From an uncultured delta proteobacterium (GTDB lineage Bacteria > Desulfobacterota > Binatia > UBA9968), in assembly GCA_963816145.1 (NCBI GenBank), contig CAWFJP010000031.1, forward strand, positions 192,001-256,000: a DNA stretch of 64,000 nt, given 5' to 3'. How positions within the stretch are numbered: the stretch's first letter is position 1; every line of letters begins with the position of its first letter. Below are positions 37,823 through 47,232 of this stretch, piece by piece. The notes under the pieces are model-generated. The model saw only the letters and a program-made list of their open reading frames with translations. It was not told the DNA's origin and did no database searches. The position numbers and the translations under genes were made by a program.

Positions 37823-39499
37823 TCACCGGGAACCGATTTCAAATGCGTAGTCTCCAGTCGCCGGGTTGCGCGGGTTACCCACGGTCAAGGTGTAGGTGCC
37901 GCCTTTGGTCAAGGTCTGGACTCCCGGCTCGCTGCATGCGAGGCAGGCATTGAAAACTTCCATGCCATTGTCGTCGACCAGGCGCCAGTTGATATATTCC
38001 ATTCCCTTGGCGCGATCTAAAAGATGAAGGTAAACTTTCTGACCGGGCGCGGCGCTGAACGTGTATATGTCCTCAGCGCCCGGAGCTTCGATCCGGCCCG
38101 CTCCAGCTGACGGCATTCCCGGTTTGATCTTGTCGCCGATTTTGATCGGCAGGCGGTCAGGCAGCGGAATATTGTACAGCTGCAGGCGATAGGTCCCGGT
38201 CGAAGGATCTTTTTGATTCCCTACCGTCAAGGTATAAGTGCCGCCGCGCACCAACAATTGAGCGCCAGGTTCGCTGCAACCCAGGCAGCTGTCGAACAGC
38301 TCCATGCCATTGTCATCGACCAGCTTCCATTTGACGTAGGATAGCCCGGTGCTGAATTCCCAGACGCGGAAGTAAACGTTCTGCCGAGGCGCCGCGTTGA
38401 AAGTGTAGACATTTTCCGCGCCGGGGCTCTCTACGACGCCGGCGCCCGCGCCGGGCACCGCTTCTTTGATCGCATCGCCGATCTTGATCGAAAACTGTTT
38501 GGGCTCGGGCACGGCGAACAATTGCAGCTCATAGGTTCCAGTGCTGGGATCGTTGTCGCCGGCTACGGTGAGCGTATAGTTGCCGCCTTTGGTGAGGATT
38601 TGCACGCCGGGATCGCTACAGCCGAGGCAGGTTTTAAATACTTCGGTGCCGTCCGTGTCGGTCAATCCCCATTTGATGTATGACATGCCCGTGCTATGGC
38701 GCAGTTGGCGGAAGTAAACCCGCTGCTTGGGCGCGGCGTTAAAGGTGTAAACATCCTGGTTATAAGGTGACTCGATAGTTCCCGCACCCGGGCCGGGAAT
38801 TCCGTCGGCGATTTTGTCGCCGAGCTTGATTGCGAACGCGCCCTGGGTCGTGATCGCTTTGCCGGCGCCGGCCGGCGGTGTGGCGGTCGTCGACGGGGAG
38901 CTAGCGGGTTGCGAGTTTCCTGCCGGATCATTTGACGAACTTTGCGGCGGGGCGGCTTTTTGAAATGAGTTCTTTACCGCGAAGGCGCCGGCAATCACAA
39001 TCACGACTGCGGCAACGGCGATCAACAAGCGACGATTGGTTAGCGACGCGGGAGCGTGGCGGGGCGCTTTTTCGCTCCCCGGAGACAGCAGTGGCTGCGG
39101 CGGTTCTGGCTGCCCAAGCAGTCGCCGGACCGCCTGAATGAGCGGCGCGAACTCGGGCGCTGCCGGATCGCCTTGCCAGTTCATCAGCTTGGCGGTCTGG
39201 ATGCGTTTGAACTCGAAGGGAATCGCCACGTCTTCGATCAACACCGGTATGAGGCGTTCCCGATCGACGGCGGCCGCCGCTTCGGTTTTCACCCACCTCG
39301 ATTGCACCGCATCCCTCGACCACAAAACGATGACGCAACGCGCCGCCTTCAACTCTTCCTCGATGACCTGATCGAAGGCCTTGCCGAGCGGGATCTCGCG
39401 ATCCCACCACACCGTCCAGCCGAGGGATTCCAGGGCATCGGCATATTTCTGCGCCGTCGCCCGGTCCGCACTGCCGTAACTGATGAAAATATCGTTCAT
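37823..39499 (-). CDS. TIR domain + transmembrane helix + three PPC-like beta-sandwich repeats
   Basis: DIFISY...VWWD...VLWS...SRWVKTEA; TM LLIAVAAVVIVIAGAFAV; three ~112-aa repeats with (D/N)xYTFxA and CLxCSxPG. Confidence 0.88.
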   Translation of the reverse strand: MNDIFISYGSADRATAQKYADALESLGWTVWWDREIPLGKAFDQVIEEELKAARCVIVLWSRDAVQSRWVKTEAAAAVDRERLIPVLIEDVAIPFEFKRIQTAKLMNWQGDPAAPEFAPLIQAVRRLLGQPEPPQPLLSPGSEKAPRHAPASLTNRRLLIAVAAVVIVIAGAFAVKNSFQKAAPPQSSSNDPAGNSQPASSPSTTATPPAGAGKAITTQGAFAIKLGDKIADGIPGPGAGTIESPYNQDVYTFNAAPKQRVYFRQLRHSTGMSYIKWGLTDTDGTEVFKTCLGCSDPGVQILTKGGNYTLTVAGDNDPSTGTYELQLFAVPEPKQFSIKIGDAIKEAVPGAGAGVVESPGAENVYTFNAAPRQNVYFRVWEFSTGLSYVKWKLVDDNGMELFDSCLGCSEPGAQLLVRGGTYTLTVGNQKDPSTGTYRLQLYNIPLPDRLPIKIGDKIKPGMPSAGAGRIEAPGAEDIYTFSAAPGQKVYLHLLDRAKGMEYINWRLVDDNGMEVFNACLACSEPGVQTLTKGGTYTLTVGNPRNPATGDYAFEIGSR

Positions 39500-39765
39500 A
39501 GGTTCGCTTCAGGATCGTGCTATGGAATCGGGCGTGGATTGATTATTAATCCGGCAGTGTGTCGATTAATAAGCAGCGCCCTGCGAGTTGTCGGCAAAGT
39601 ATTGGCAACCGGCATCGAGAGAAAATGTACGCTGCGGGTTATAGCTTGTAAAGGTTTGAGACTGACGCCGGTCCTCGATCCGCCGCATTGGTAAAATATC
39701 GCCCTTGACCGGCTATCGGCCGCGCAATAAAAATGAATCCATCTGGTCGGTCGGCTGGAGTATCC

Positions 39766-40316
39766 ATGTCGCAACCCAATCGATTCATCTTGACGATCGC
39801 GCTCGCACTGTTCCGCTGCCTGGAGGATTCATCCGACAACGTCGGTCACGTCGCCGAAGCGAAGCCGGCCTGGCAAATGGAATGGGACAAGACCGTCAAA
39901 GCCGCGGAAGAAGAAGGCGCGGTGGCGCTGTTCATCACTGGAGCCTTCGAGCCGGTGTTTCGCGAAGCGTTTCAAAAGAAATTTCCCGAGATCAAAGCGA
40001 CCCTGGTCACCGGGCGCGACCCTACAACGGCACATTGAGCTATTTCAATCGCGCGCCCCATCCCAATGCCGCCAAGGTCGCGGCCAACTGGCTCCTATCG
40101 CGCGACGGACAGGGCGCCTGGCTCGATGCCAATCAAAAGAGCGACGGGCTCTACGATTCCTTGCGCGATGACATTGCCAAGGACAAAGTCAGCGAACGCG
40201 CGCGGCGCGTCAAGGGCGCCAAGTTTCTCTGGCTCGATCCGGCATGGATCGGCGACCTCGATGTGATCCGGGACATCATCAAGAAAGCTCTTGCCAGTAG
40301 GGGCAAGGGGAAATGA
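39766..40316 (+). pseudogene. Extracellular solute-binding protein (Fe3+/thiamine type) with large internal deletion
   Basis: EWDKTVKAAEEEG...FQKKFPEIK...VTGR joined out of frame to RAPHPNAAKVAANWLLSRDGQ. Confidence 0.8.
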
Positions 40317-40493
40317 AGACCGAATGCCACAACTCCGATGGCAATCTGGTGCAGGTGGCAGAGTCTGTCAACGACGCGAGAGCGGTAAGTAGATTACGAA
40401 CGCCTGACACTAAGGCGCGTTCCCGGATCAGAGATAGCCCGCGTCGTCGTGCCGCATGAGTGCCGCCGCTCCACACGAATCTCGATAAATCAG

Positions 40494-40703
40494 CTAGTCG
40501 TCCAGGCGAAATCCCAGTTTGATCGTCACCTGCCAGTAGTCGACTTTGTTATTGGCGACGTAACCGCGCGTGTCGACCACTTGAAACCAGTGGATATTGT
40601 GGAGCGTCTTGCCCGCCTTGGTGATGGCGTTTTGAACGGCGTCTTCCATAGAAGTGTGAGAAGAGCCGGTGAGTTCGACCTGCTTGTAAGTATGATCATC
40701 CAT
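40494..40703 (-). CDS. Dodecin
   Basis: HTYKQVELTGSS...DAVQNAI...WFQV...WQVTIKLGFRLD, 69 aa; GGAGG RBS. Confidence 0.95.
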   Translation of the reverse strand: MDDHTYKQVELTGSSHTSMEDAVQNAITKAGKTLHNIHWFQVVDTRGYVANNKVDYWQVTIKLGFRLDD

Positions 40704-40925
40704 TGGAGCCTCCGTTTAGATTAAGTTCGGAACAAGCCCGTTTGCATAACCAAGGTCTTCCGCTACCAATTATTCAAGCATGGCAGAATGGTGAGTCAAG
40801 CTGAAGAACGAGATTGTTGTGCGCTGAATGTTAGCACCGATGGAGCGGTCTTCCGGCGGCAAGATTGTTGAAACTGCGCCGCTTGACCTCAGCACCCATT
40901 CTTTAACGAGCTCGACTGCCATGCG

Positions 40926-41921
40926 CTAAAACCGGCCTTCTTTTTCCAGCTTCTTCACCGAGCTGTCGTTGACCAGTTCTTCGGCTTTCAAGCGGCGAAT
41001 CTTTTCGTTGTTTTTGCCGAGCAGGCGAATGACGTTCCGGATGCCGTCGACGCTCGGATAGATTTTTTTCTCATAGAGCCCGAGCATGATCTGATAGCCT
41101 TCCTCGGCTTCCTCGACACGCCTGAGGCGCAGTCCTTTGGCGAGACTCTTCATCACCGCCGTCTTGTTCGCCGGGTCGCGAATAAAGGCGAGACTGTCGA
41201 GCAGTCCGCGCAGCACGTTTTCGACGATCGCCGGCGACGACACAGCAAAGCTGCGCCGCGCCATGATTCCCGATCCCTGATAAGGGATCGGCAGCTTTTC
41301 GACGTCGGCGAGGATACGAAAGCCTTTGCTCTCGAGCGCTTTGCCATATGTATAGCCCAAGAAAGCCGCGTCGACGGCGCCGGCGGACAGCCCTTGCGCG
41401 ATCACTCCTTGGTCGCCGAGCGCGCGGAACTGAATGTTGTCGCGCTCGGGCACCAGGCCCCAGTAATCCAACGTCAGCATCGCGAAGATCCACGCGCCGC
41501 CGCTCAAACCGTTGACGCCGATGCTCTTACCCTTCAAGTCCACCGGAGTTTTAATCTTGGGATTGACGACGAAGGCGCCGGTCAGCTTGTTGATAAAGCC
41601 GGCGAGAAAAACCAGATCGGTTCCTTCGGCGATGGCACCGATGTTGGCCGCCGATACCGAGCCCCAGTGGACCTGCGATTCTCCGGAGCTCACCGCGGCG
41701 ATGCCGACCGCGCCGTTGCGCACCTGTACGAGGGTAAGATCGAGCCCATGCTTGCGGAACAATCCTTGATCCTGGGCGACATAAACCACGCCCTCCCGTT
41801 CGCTGATCGCGCCGATGGTCATTACCACCTTGGTCAGCGGCGTGGCGATTTGCGCCATTGAATCGTCGGGAACCGTTAGAAAGATCAGGAGAGTAACCAA
41901 GACGACCCGATGAAGATTCAT
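40926..41921 (-). CDS. ABC transporter substrate-binding protein, NitT/TauT family
   Basis: Signal peptide; GLFRKHGLD, DLKGKSIGV, YPSVDGIRNVIRLL. Confidence 0.9.
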   Translation of the reverse strand: MNLHRVVLVTLLIFLTVPDDSMAQIATPLTKVVMTIGAISEREGVVYVAQDQGLFRKHGLDLTLVQVRNGAVGIAAVSSGESQVHWGSVSAANIGAIAEGTDLVFLAGFINKLTGAFVVNPKIKTPVDLKGKSIGVNGLSGGAWIFAMLTLDYWGLVPERDNIQFRALGDQGVIAQGLSAGAVDAAFLGYTYGKALESKGFRILADVEKLPIPYQGSGIMARRSFAVSSPAIVENVLRGLLDSLAFIRDPANKTAVMKSLAKGLRLRRVEEAEEGYQIMLGLYEKKIYPSVDGIRNVIRLLGKNNEKIRRLKAEELVNDSSVKKLEKEGRF

Positions 41922-42202
41922 GCTTGCAGGACTCCTAGCGCATTTGTTTGCCGGCAAATTAGGCCTACGAATGCCATATCGGCATCCGCTGAAATTGGCA
42001 ACGCGCGCCATGACGAAATACGCTCGGCATCAACCATCCGGTGACAAAGCGCGCGACCCAATGAGATTGAGCAATCCTCCAACGTAACCTCATTAGAGTC
42101 TTTCAACCTATCGCCGCGTAAGTTATCTGTAGACGATTCGCAGCTGGCCGGCTGTTGTATTGCCGACGCGAGAGCCGGCCGGAGCATCGCGGTATTGAAC
42201 GG

Positions 42203-43423
42203 ATGAATCCTGCAAATTTTTTGACGGCGATCCGCGCCATGGGCAAAGAGCGCATCCGGCTCCTCGGGGTTCTCACCGCCGGCCATTTTGTCATTCACTG
42301 GTTCCAGCAGTTCTATCCGGTGATTTTGCCGGCGCTCAAGTCGGGATTGAATCTGACCAATGTCGAAGTCGGCGCACTGACTTCGGCCCAACAAGTCGTG
42401 GTTGGTCTCGGCCAGTTGCCCACGGGCATGGCCGCCGATTCGATGGTGCGCCATCGCGGCGCGATTCTCGCGTTGTCGCTGGTCTCCATGGGGGCGGCCT
42501 ATTTTCTTTTGGGCCTGCCGCTTTTCATCTGGGCATTGCTAGGCTCGGCTCTGATCGGCTTGGGCACGGCCCTTTGGCATCCCACCGCCGCGGCATCTTT
42601 GTCGAACAGTTTCCCGGAGCGGCGCGCCACCGCGCTCTCCATTCACGGCACCGGCGCGACGCTCAGTGACACGATCACACCGCTGTTGGTCGGCGTGCTG
42701 TTGGCAAATCTTTCGTGGCAGACGGCCGCGCAGGTGCAATTGCTGCCCGGGCTATTATTCGCGTTTCTGCTCTGGCGCGCCCTGGCTGGGGTATTTAGCG
42801 ACAGCAACGCTCCGCGCCAGCGCGTTTCGGCTCAATTTCGCGATGTCGCCGCCGTCGTCAAAAATCCGGCCTTCTTGGGATTGTCGGTTGCCACCGGTCT
42901 GCTTTCCATGTCGCGGCTGATCGTCCTGACTTTCTTGCCGATTTACCTGCAGGAGCATTTGCACTACTCGAGCGTCGCGCTGGGGATTTACATCGCCCTG
43001 CTGCACGCGCTGGGAACCATCTCGCAACCTATTTTGGGCCTGCTCTCCGACCGCTTCGGGCGCAAGGCGGTGCTGCTGCCCTCCTGTCTCTTGCTCGGAT
43101 TGTTTTTCGCTCTATTGGCCGTGGCGCCGCCCGGCATCCCGCTCGGCTTGGTGATCGTCGCCATCGGCCTGTTTTTCTACACGCTTTTTAATATCTTCAA
43201 TGCCGCGGTCATGGACGTTGCCGGCTCGCATGTCCAGGCGGCCACCTACGGGCTGACGTCGCTGATGACTCAACTCGCGGTCATTCCCGCGCCGATGATC
43301 ACTGGTTATTTGATCGGCGCATGGGGCATCAAGTTCGCCTTCGTTTTGGCGGGAGCGTTTCTGGTTATTGCCGGGTTGGTGCTTGCGCCCTTGCAGTTGT
43401 ATCGAGGGACGCAAAACTCGTAA
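42203..43423 (+). CDS. MFS transporter
   Basis: About 12 hydrophobic segments; WHPTA; GLLSDRFGRK motif A. Confidence 0.92.
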   Translation: MNPANFLTAIRAMGKERIRLLGVLTAGHFVIHWFQQFYPVILPALKSGLNLTNVEVGALTSAQQVVVGLGQLPTGMAADSMVRHRGAILALSLVSMGAAYFLLGLPLFIWALLGSALIGLGTALWHPTAAASLSNSFPERRATALSIHGTGATLSDTITPLLVGVLLANLSWQTAAQVQLLPGLLFAFLLWRALAGVFSDSNAPRQRVSAQFRDVAAVVKNPAFLGLSVATGLLSMSRLIVLTFLPIYLQEHLHYSSVALGIYIALLHALGTISQPILGLLSDRFGRKAVLLPSCLLLGLFFALLAVAPPGIPLGLVIVAIGLFFYTLFNIFNAAVMDVAGSHVQAATYGLTSLMTQLAVIPAPMITGYLIGAWGIKFAFVLAGAFLVIAGLVLAPLQLYRGTQNS

Positions 43424-43471
43424 GGCATTTCTCGATCGCATCGCTGCGCGGTTTAACCGAGTGTCGATACG

Positions 43472-44108
43472 CTAGATATCTGGCGTCGAACTTTCTCGAG
43501 GTTGATCTAGTGAATATCCGCGAGGCGGCATGATGCCGCGCCCGGCGTATTCGAGGGTTCGGCGCAGATAAGTCAGGAATGAGCCGCTATAACGGTAGCG
43601 CCGGATGCAAGCATCGAGCTGTTTTTGCATTTCCTCCTCATAACCCCGCCACCGAGAGACGAGATAGTGCCGCTCGATCCAATCGTCGATCGTATATTTG
43701 AGAAGTTCCATAAGCTGCAGCCGAGCGAGCAGATTGCCGGTCTGCGCAAGTCGTACGAAACTAATGCCGATAATGTCTCTGATCCGTCTGTCGTTTTGGT
43801 CTGGTGCGGCGATGAATACGTACATTTTATCCCGGTACTTATCGACGTATGGTTTGAACTTGAGCGTGGTCTTCATACGGAATCGGCTTCTTCCCAATCC
43901 TTTGGGGTCTCCACAATCGCTGAAAGCGCCGGTCTAATGCGTAGGTAAGCCGATCCCAATCGATGCCGCCGTATTCACGGCGAACGTTTGCCCGGATGAA
44001 TCGATAGCAGCTCGGGGCGTTTCTCCGTATCCACGCGCTGTCGAATGTAGCGGGTTGTTTTCTTATTAGTAAGTCATTCAACGTCGCAACAGCCGTTGCA
44101 AAATCCAT
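43472..44108 (-). pseudogene. Frameshifted hypothetical protein, C-terminal half weakly sigma-70 region 2-like
   Basis: Two overlapping ORFs join near 43850-43870; VRLAQTGNLLARLQLMELL...CIRRYRYSGSFLTYLRRTL...YSLD. Confidence 0.55.
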
Positions 44109-44298
44109 GCTTTGACTCCGAGCTAGCTCATTGAAAAACAGCAAGTCTCATTACCTTTACTGGAGATCCTGAAAAGCGAACGGTGCGTGCCAAGCCGAGT
44201 TCGAAGGAACCGCGGCCACCGCGTTTGCGGGAAAGTTTAGAGCCTCAACTTTGAAACGTGATTGAAGTAAAATGCCTGCGCGACGCACCACAGGCTAT

Positions 44299-45600
44299 TT
44301 AGAAGCGCGCGTTGATCCATTTTTGCATGTAATCGAAGGTGTTTTTGACCGTGTTAGAATACTGCCCTGGCGTCGTCTCGCAAATCCTGCAAGGGCGAAT
44401 GCCGTGAGAAGCGCCCTCGATGATGATGTATTCCTTGTCCGCGCTGGCCGAGACCTCGTAGTGGATTTCGTTGTCGCGTAAAAAATAATGGCCGCCCATG
44501 CCGAGGATCAGGATCGGCACGGTGATCTTTTGCAAATGACAGGGCGTCGAGTTGTTGTTCGAGCAATAATCGATATCGTCGAGCGCATGTTTGGCGCGGA
44601 TCGCGCGGGTGCCGAGGAAAGATCTGACCGTCAGGAATTTCGAGCCATCGTAGAATGATTTGGCGCGCTCGGGGTTCTTGGTATCGGCGACGCGCACGCT
44701 TTTGACAATTTCGGTTACGATGGTGCCGTCGTTCTTCAGCAGCTTTTGCGGTTTGACCGTGCCGGGATGAATCGTCAAATCCATTTCCGACAGCCGGCCG
44801 GCCTCGCTCTTGTGGATGACGAAGGCGTCATCGTCCTTGTAAGAATATTTGCCGGCTTCGATGGCGCGCAGTTTTGCCAGGGCGGCGTCGACCAGCCGAT
44901 TCATGCGCGCCGCCTGGGCCTTGAAGTAGCGCTCTTGAAATTCCCGCGAGTAGGCGCTGGGTCCGGCCGCATTGAAACCGTTCTTTGGGCTAAACGGATC
45001 GAGCGCGGCGATGATCGGGTCCGGCCTATCGTCGCGCTGCACCGACGGATTGATCGAGCGCAATGTGTTGACGGCGGTGCCCGGATGGGCGTCGCGCAAG
45101 ATGATGCCGTCGGCCGGCGGCAGGCCGGCAAGTTCGTTGGTGCAAGGGATCAGTTTGTTTGCGCCCTGGCAAACCGACGGGCCATTTTGCGCGACGTTTT
45201 GATAGAAGGTCATCAACGGCGCGCCGCCGCTGCCACCGTAAAGCAGAATCTTCGACGCCTTCACAGTGTCTTTCAGATATTTGACGCCGGTGGCGACGTC
45301 GAGCGGCAGGTCGTTCCAATAATCCATCGCTTCGTTGTTGTCCGAGCGGCCGTTCATGCAGAGCACGTAATAGCCGCGCTTGACCAGCTCGGTGCAGGCG
45401 ATGTCGTTCAAGCGGTTGCCGTCTTCGTGCATGTTGACCACCGCGACCCGCGCTTTTACGCTCGCATCCGGCGTGTACAGCACGGCTTTGACGGTCGGAC
45501 TGAGTTGCAGATAGACCGGCGCGTTTTGCGGGAGAGCATCGCGCGCGAGAATCGCGCTGAAGGCGACCATTAAGGAGATTGGGCAAAACCATCGGCGCAT
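44299..45600 (-). CDS. Secreted alpha/beta hydrolase-fold protein
   Basis: Signal peptide; GGSGGAP nucleophile elbow; VPILILG; IEGASH; GGAG RBS before ATG 45600. Confidence 0.8.
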   Translation of the reverse strand: MRRWFCPISLMVAFSAILARDALPQNAPVYLQLSPTVKAVLYTPDASVKARVAVVNMHEDGNRLNDIACTELVKRGYYVLCMNGRSDNNEAMDYWNDLPLDVATGVKYLKDTVKASKILLYGGSGGAPLMTFYQNVAQNGPSVCQGANKLIPCTNELAGLPPADGIILRDAHPGTAVNTLRSINPSVQRDDRPDPIIAALDPFSPKNGFNAAGPSAYSREFQERYFKAQAARMNRLVDAALAKLRAIEAGKYSYKDDDAFVIHKSEAGRLSEMDLTIHPGTVKPQKLLKNDGTIVTEIVKSVRVADTKNPERAKSFYDGSKFLTVRSFLGTRAIRAKHALDDIDYCSNNNSTPCHLQKITVPILILGMGGHYFLRDNEIHYEVSASADKEYIIIEGASHGIRPCRICETTPGQYSNTVKNTFDYMQKWINARF

Positions 45601-45637
45601 AACGAGCTCCTTCGATATAAAATTTAGCCCCCGAGCT

Positions 45638-46657
45638 TCAGCGAAAATAGCGCAACATCTCGGCGTTGTACTTGTTGTAGACGGCGCTCGACGCCGGCTT
45701 GATGACGAAGAGCTTGCGACCTTGCATGAGCCGCGGCGGGTTCGGCAGGACGTCCTTGCGCGCCGGGATGCGGCTGAGTTGGCGCATTGACGTTTGTCCT
45801 TCTTCGGAGAGAATGAAGTCGACGTAGAGCCGCGCCGCGGCGGGATGGGAATTCTTCGCGGTGACGGCGATGCCGATGGGATAGACGAACCAGGGGTCAA
45901 GCGGCACCCAGTCGATGGGCGCGCCGGTTTTTTTGAGCTCTTCGACGCCGGTCGGATACTGCGAGATCAATAATGGAAACTCGCCCGCCATCATCAGCTG
46001 GTTCATCAGCGAGCTGCCGATGCGCGAGTGAATTTTTTGCTTGCTGAGCGCCTCCATGTATTGCCGCCCCCTGTCCTCGCCCATCGACTGGAGCATGGCG
46101 AAGTACCATTCGGTATGGCTCAGGACAAAGCCCATTTTCTCTTTCCACTTCGGCTGCAGCAGCTCCTGATAACTGTTCGGCACTTCATCGGGCTTCAGCA
46201 TGCGCGAGTTGTAGGCCATGGTCACGGCGTTCAAGTAGGTCGCGTGCCAGATAGCCGTCCTTGTCGCGCAGTGCTTCGATATAATCCTTCGCGCTCCGGC
46301 GAGTAGTACTTGGCGAGCAGTCCTTTCTCCGACCAGGTTCATGATTGGAAACACGCTCGATTGATAAACGTCGGCAAGGTTGCTGTTGGTGCGCGCTTCG
46401 AGCAGGTAGCGTGTCAGAAGCGCGTCCTTTCCCGAGCTGTAGAACTCCATGTTGACGAAGGGATATTTTTTCTCGAAGGCGGCCTCCAGCGCTCTGGCAT
46501 CCGAAGCGTTGGAGGAGACGTAGACCATCACCTTGCCTTCTTTTTTCGCGTCCTCGATGAGTTTGGCCCGCTCTTTGGTTTGGGCTTGACCAACGCCAGG
46601 ATTTGTCAATGTAAGAGTAGCCAGTATGGCAAATCTCGCTGTGAGACCGATCTTCAT
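45638..46657 (-). CDS. Extracellular solute-binding protein (Fe3+/thiamine type); contains three compensating +1 frameshifts at about 46250-46331
   Basis: LIEDAKKEGKVMVY, AFEKKYP, LLQPKWK, HPAAARLYVDFILSEEGQ. Confidence 0.85.
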   Translation of the reverse strand: MKIGLTARFAILATLTLTNPGVGQAQTKERAKLIEDAKKEGKVMVYVSSNASDARALEAAFEKKYPFVNMEFYSSGKDALLTRYLLEARTNSNLADVYQSSVFPIMNLVGERTARQVLLAGARRIISKHCATRTAIWHATYLNAVTMAYNSRMLKPDEVPNSYQELLQPKWKEKMGFVLSHTEWYFAMLQSMGEDRGRQYMEALSKQKIHSRIGSSLMNQLMMAGEFPLLISQYPTGVEELKKTGAPIDWVPLDPWFVYPIGIAVTAKNSHPAAARLYVDFILSEEGQTSMRQLSRIPARKDVLPNPPRLMQGRKLFVIKPASSAVYNKYNAEMLRYFR

Positions 46658-46799
46658 GGTTATTCCCTCCGAGCGCCGTTGAATAGTTCGATTAACTTGC
46701 CGGGCTGTCGCCAAACTAGGCAATGCCGGCCGGTTCGTCAATGCAAAAATGGCCGGCGCGGATTCTCCCACGATTACGTTCCGTCGACTGCCGCGGCCC

Positions 46800-46931
46800 G
46801 ACTGCCTGGCCTTCGACAGCAGCCTTTGCGAAGCGTGCTGTCAGGTTTCCGTGCGTATCGCCGCAAATTGTTTGATGCCGTATCATTGGCATCATTTGTT
46901 GTGCCCACGAAGCGACGGCGAGCTATCGCAA
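46800..46931 (+). pseudogene. RAYT transposase N-terminal (HUH) fragment
   Basis: VRIAANCLMPYHWHHLLCPRSDGELS resembles the RAYT YCLMPNHWHLVLWP..DG.LS motif. Confidence 0.7.
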
Positions 46932-47232
46932 GCCGATTATCGTTTGTGGTGAAACGATTCGGTCTGGAGTCCGAAGCAAACAGTGGAAAACTCGTAGCCC
47001 GGATTTGATGGCCGCCAATAAAGGGGTAAAAACCTCCAGAAACGGTGTTCGATGACATAGCGTAATAGCTTTAGCCCGGAGTTCAAGCGAGAAGCGAGAA
47101 ATTTGAATGCATCGAACTTTTCTTTAACCTCCGACGACCACATCAATCGCTGGATTATCAGAAGCCTATGAAGTATGACTTCGATAAAAGTGCTACCGAT
47201 TTAACTGTCCGCAAAAGTCGGGGTAGCTCACC

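Noticed and set aside
44170-44200. TTGGCACG on the minus strand as a sigma-54 promoter
   Set aside because: The -12 TTGC element is absent at the required spacing.
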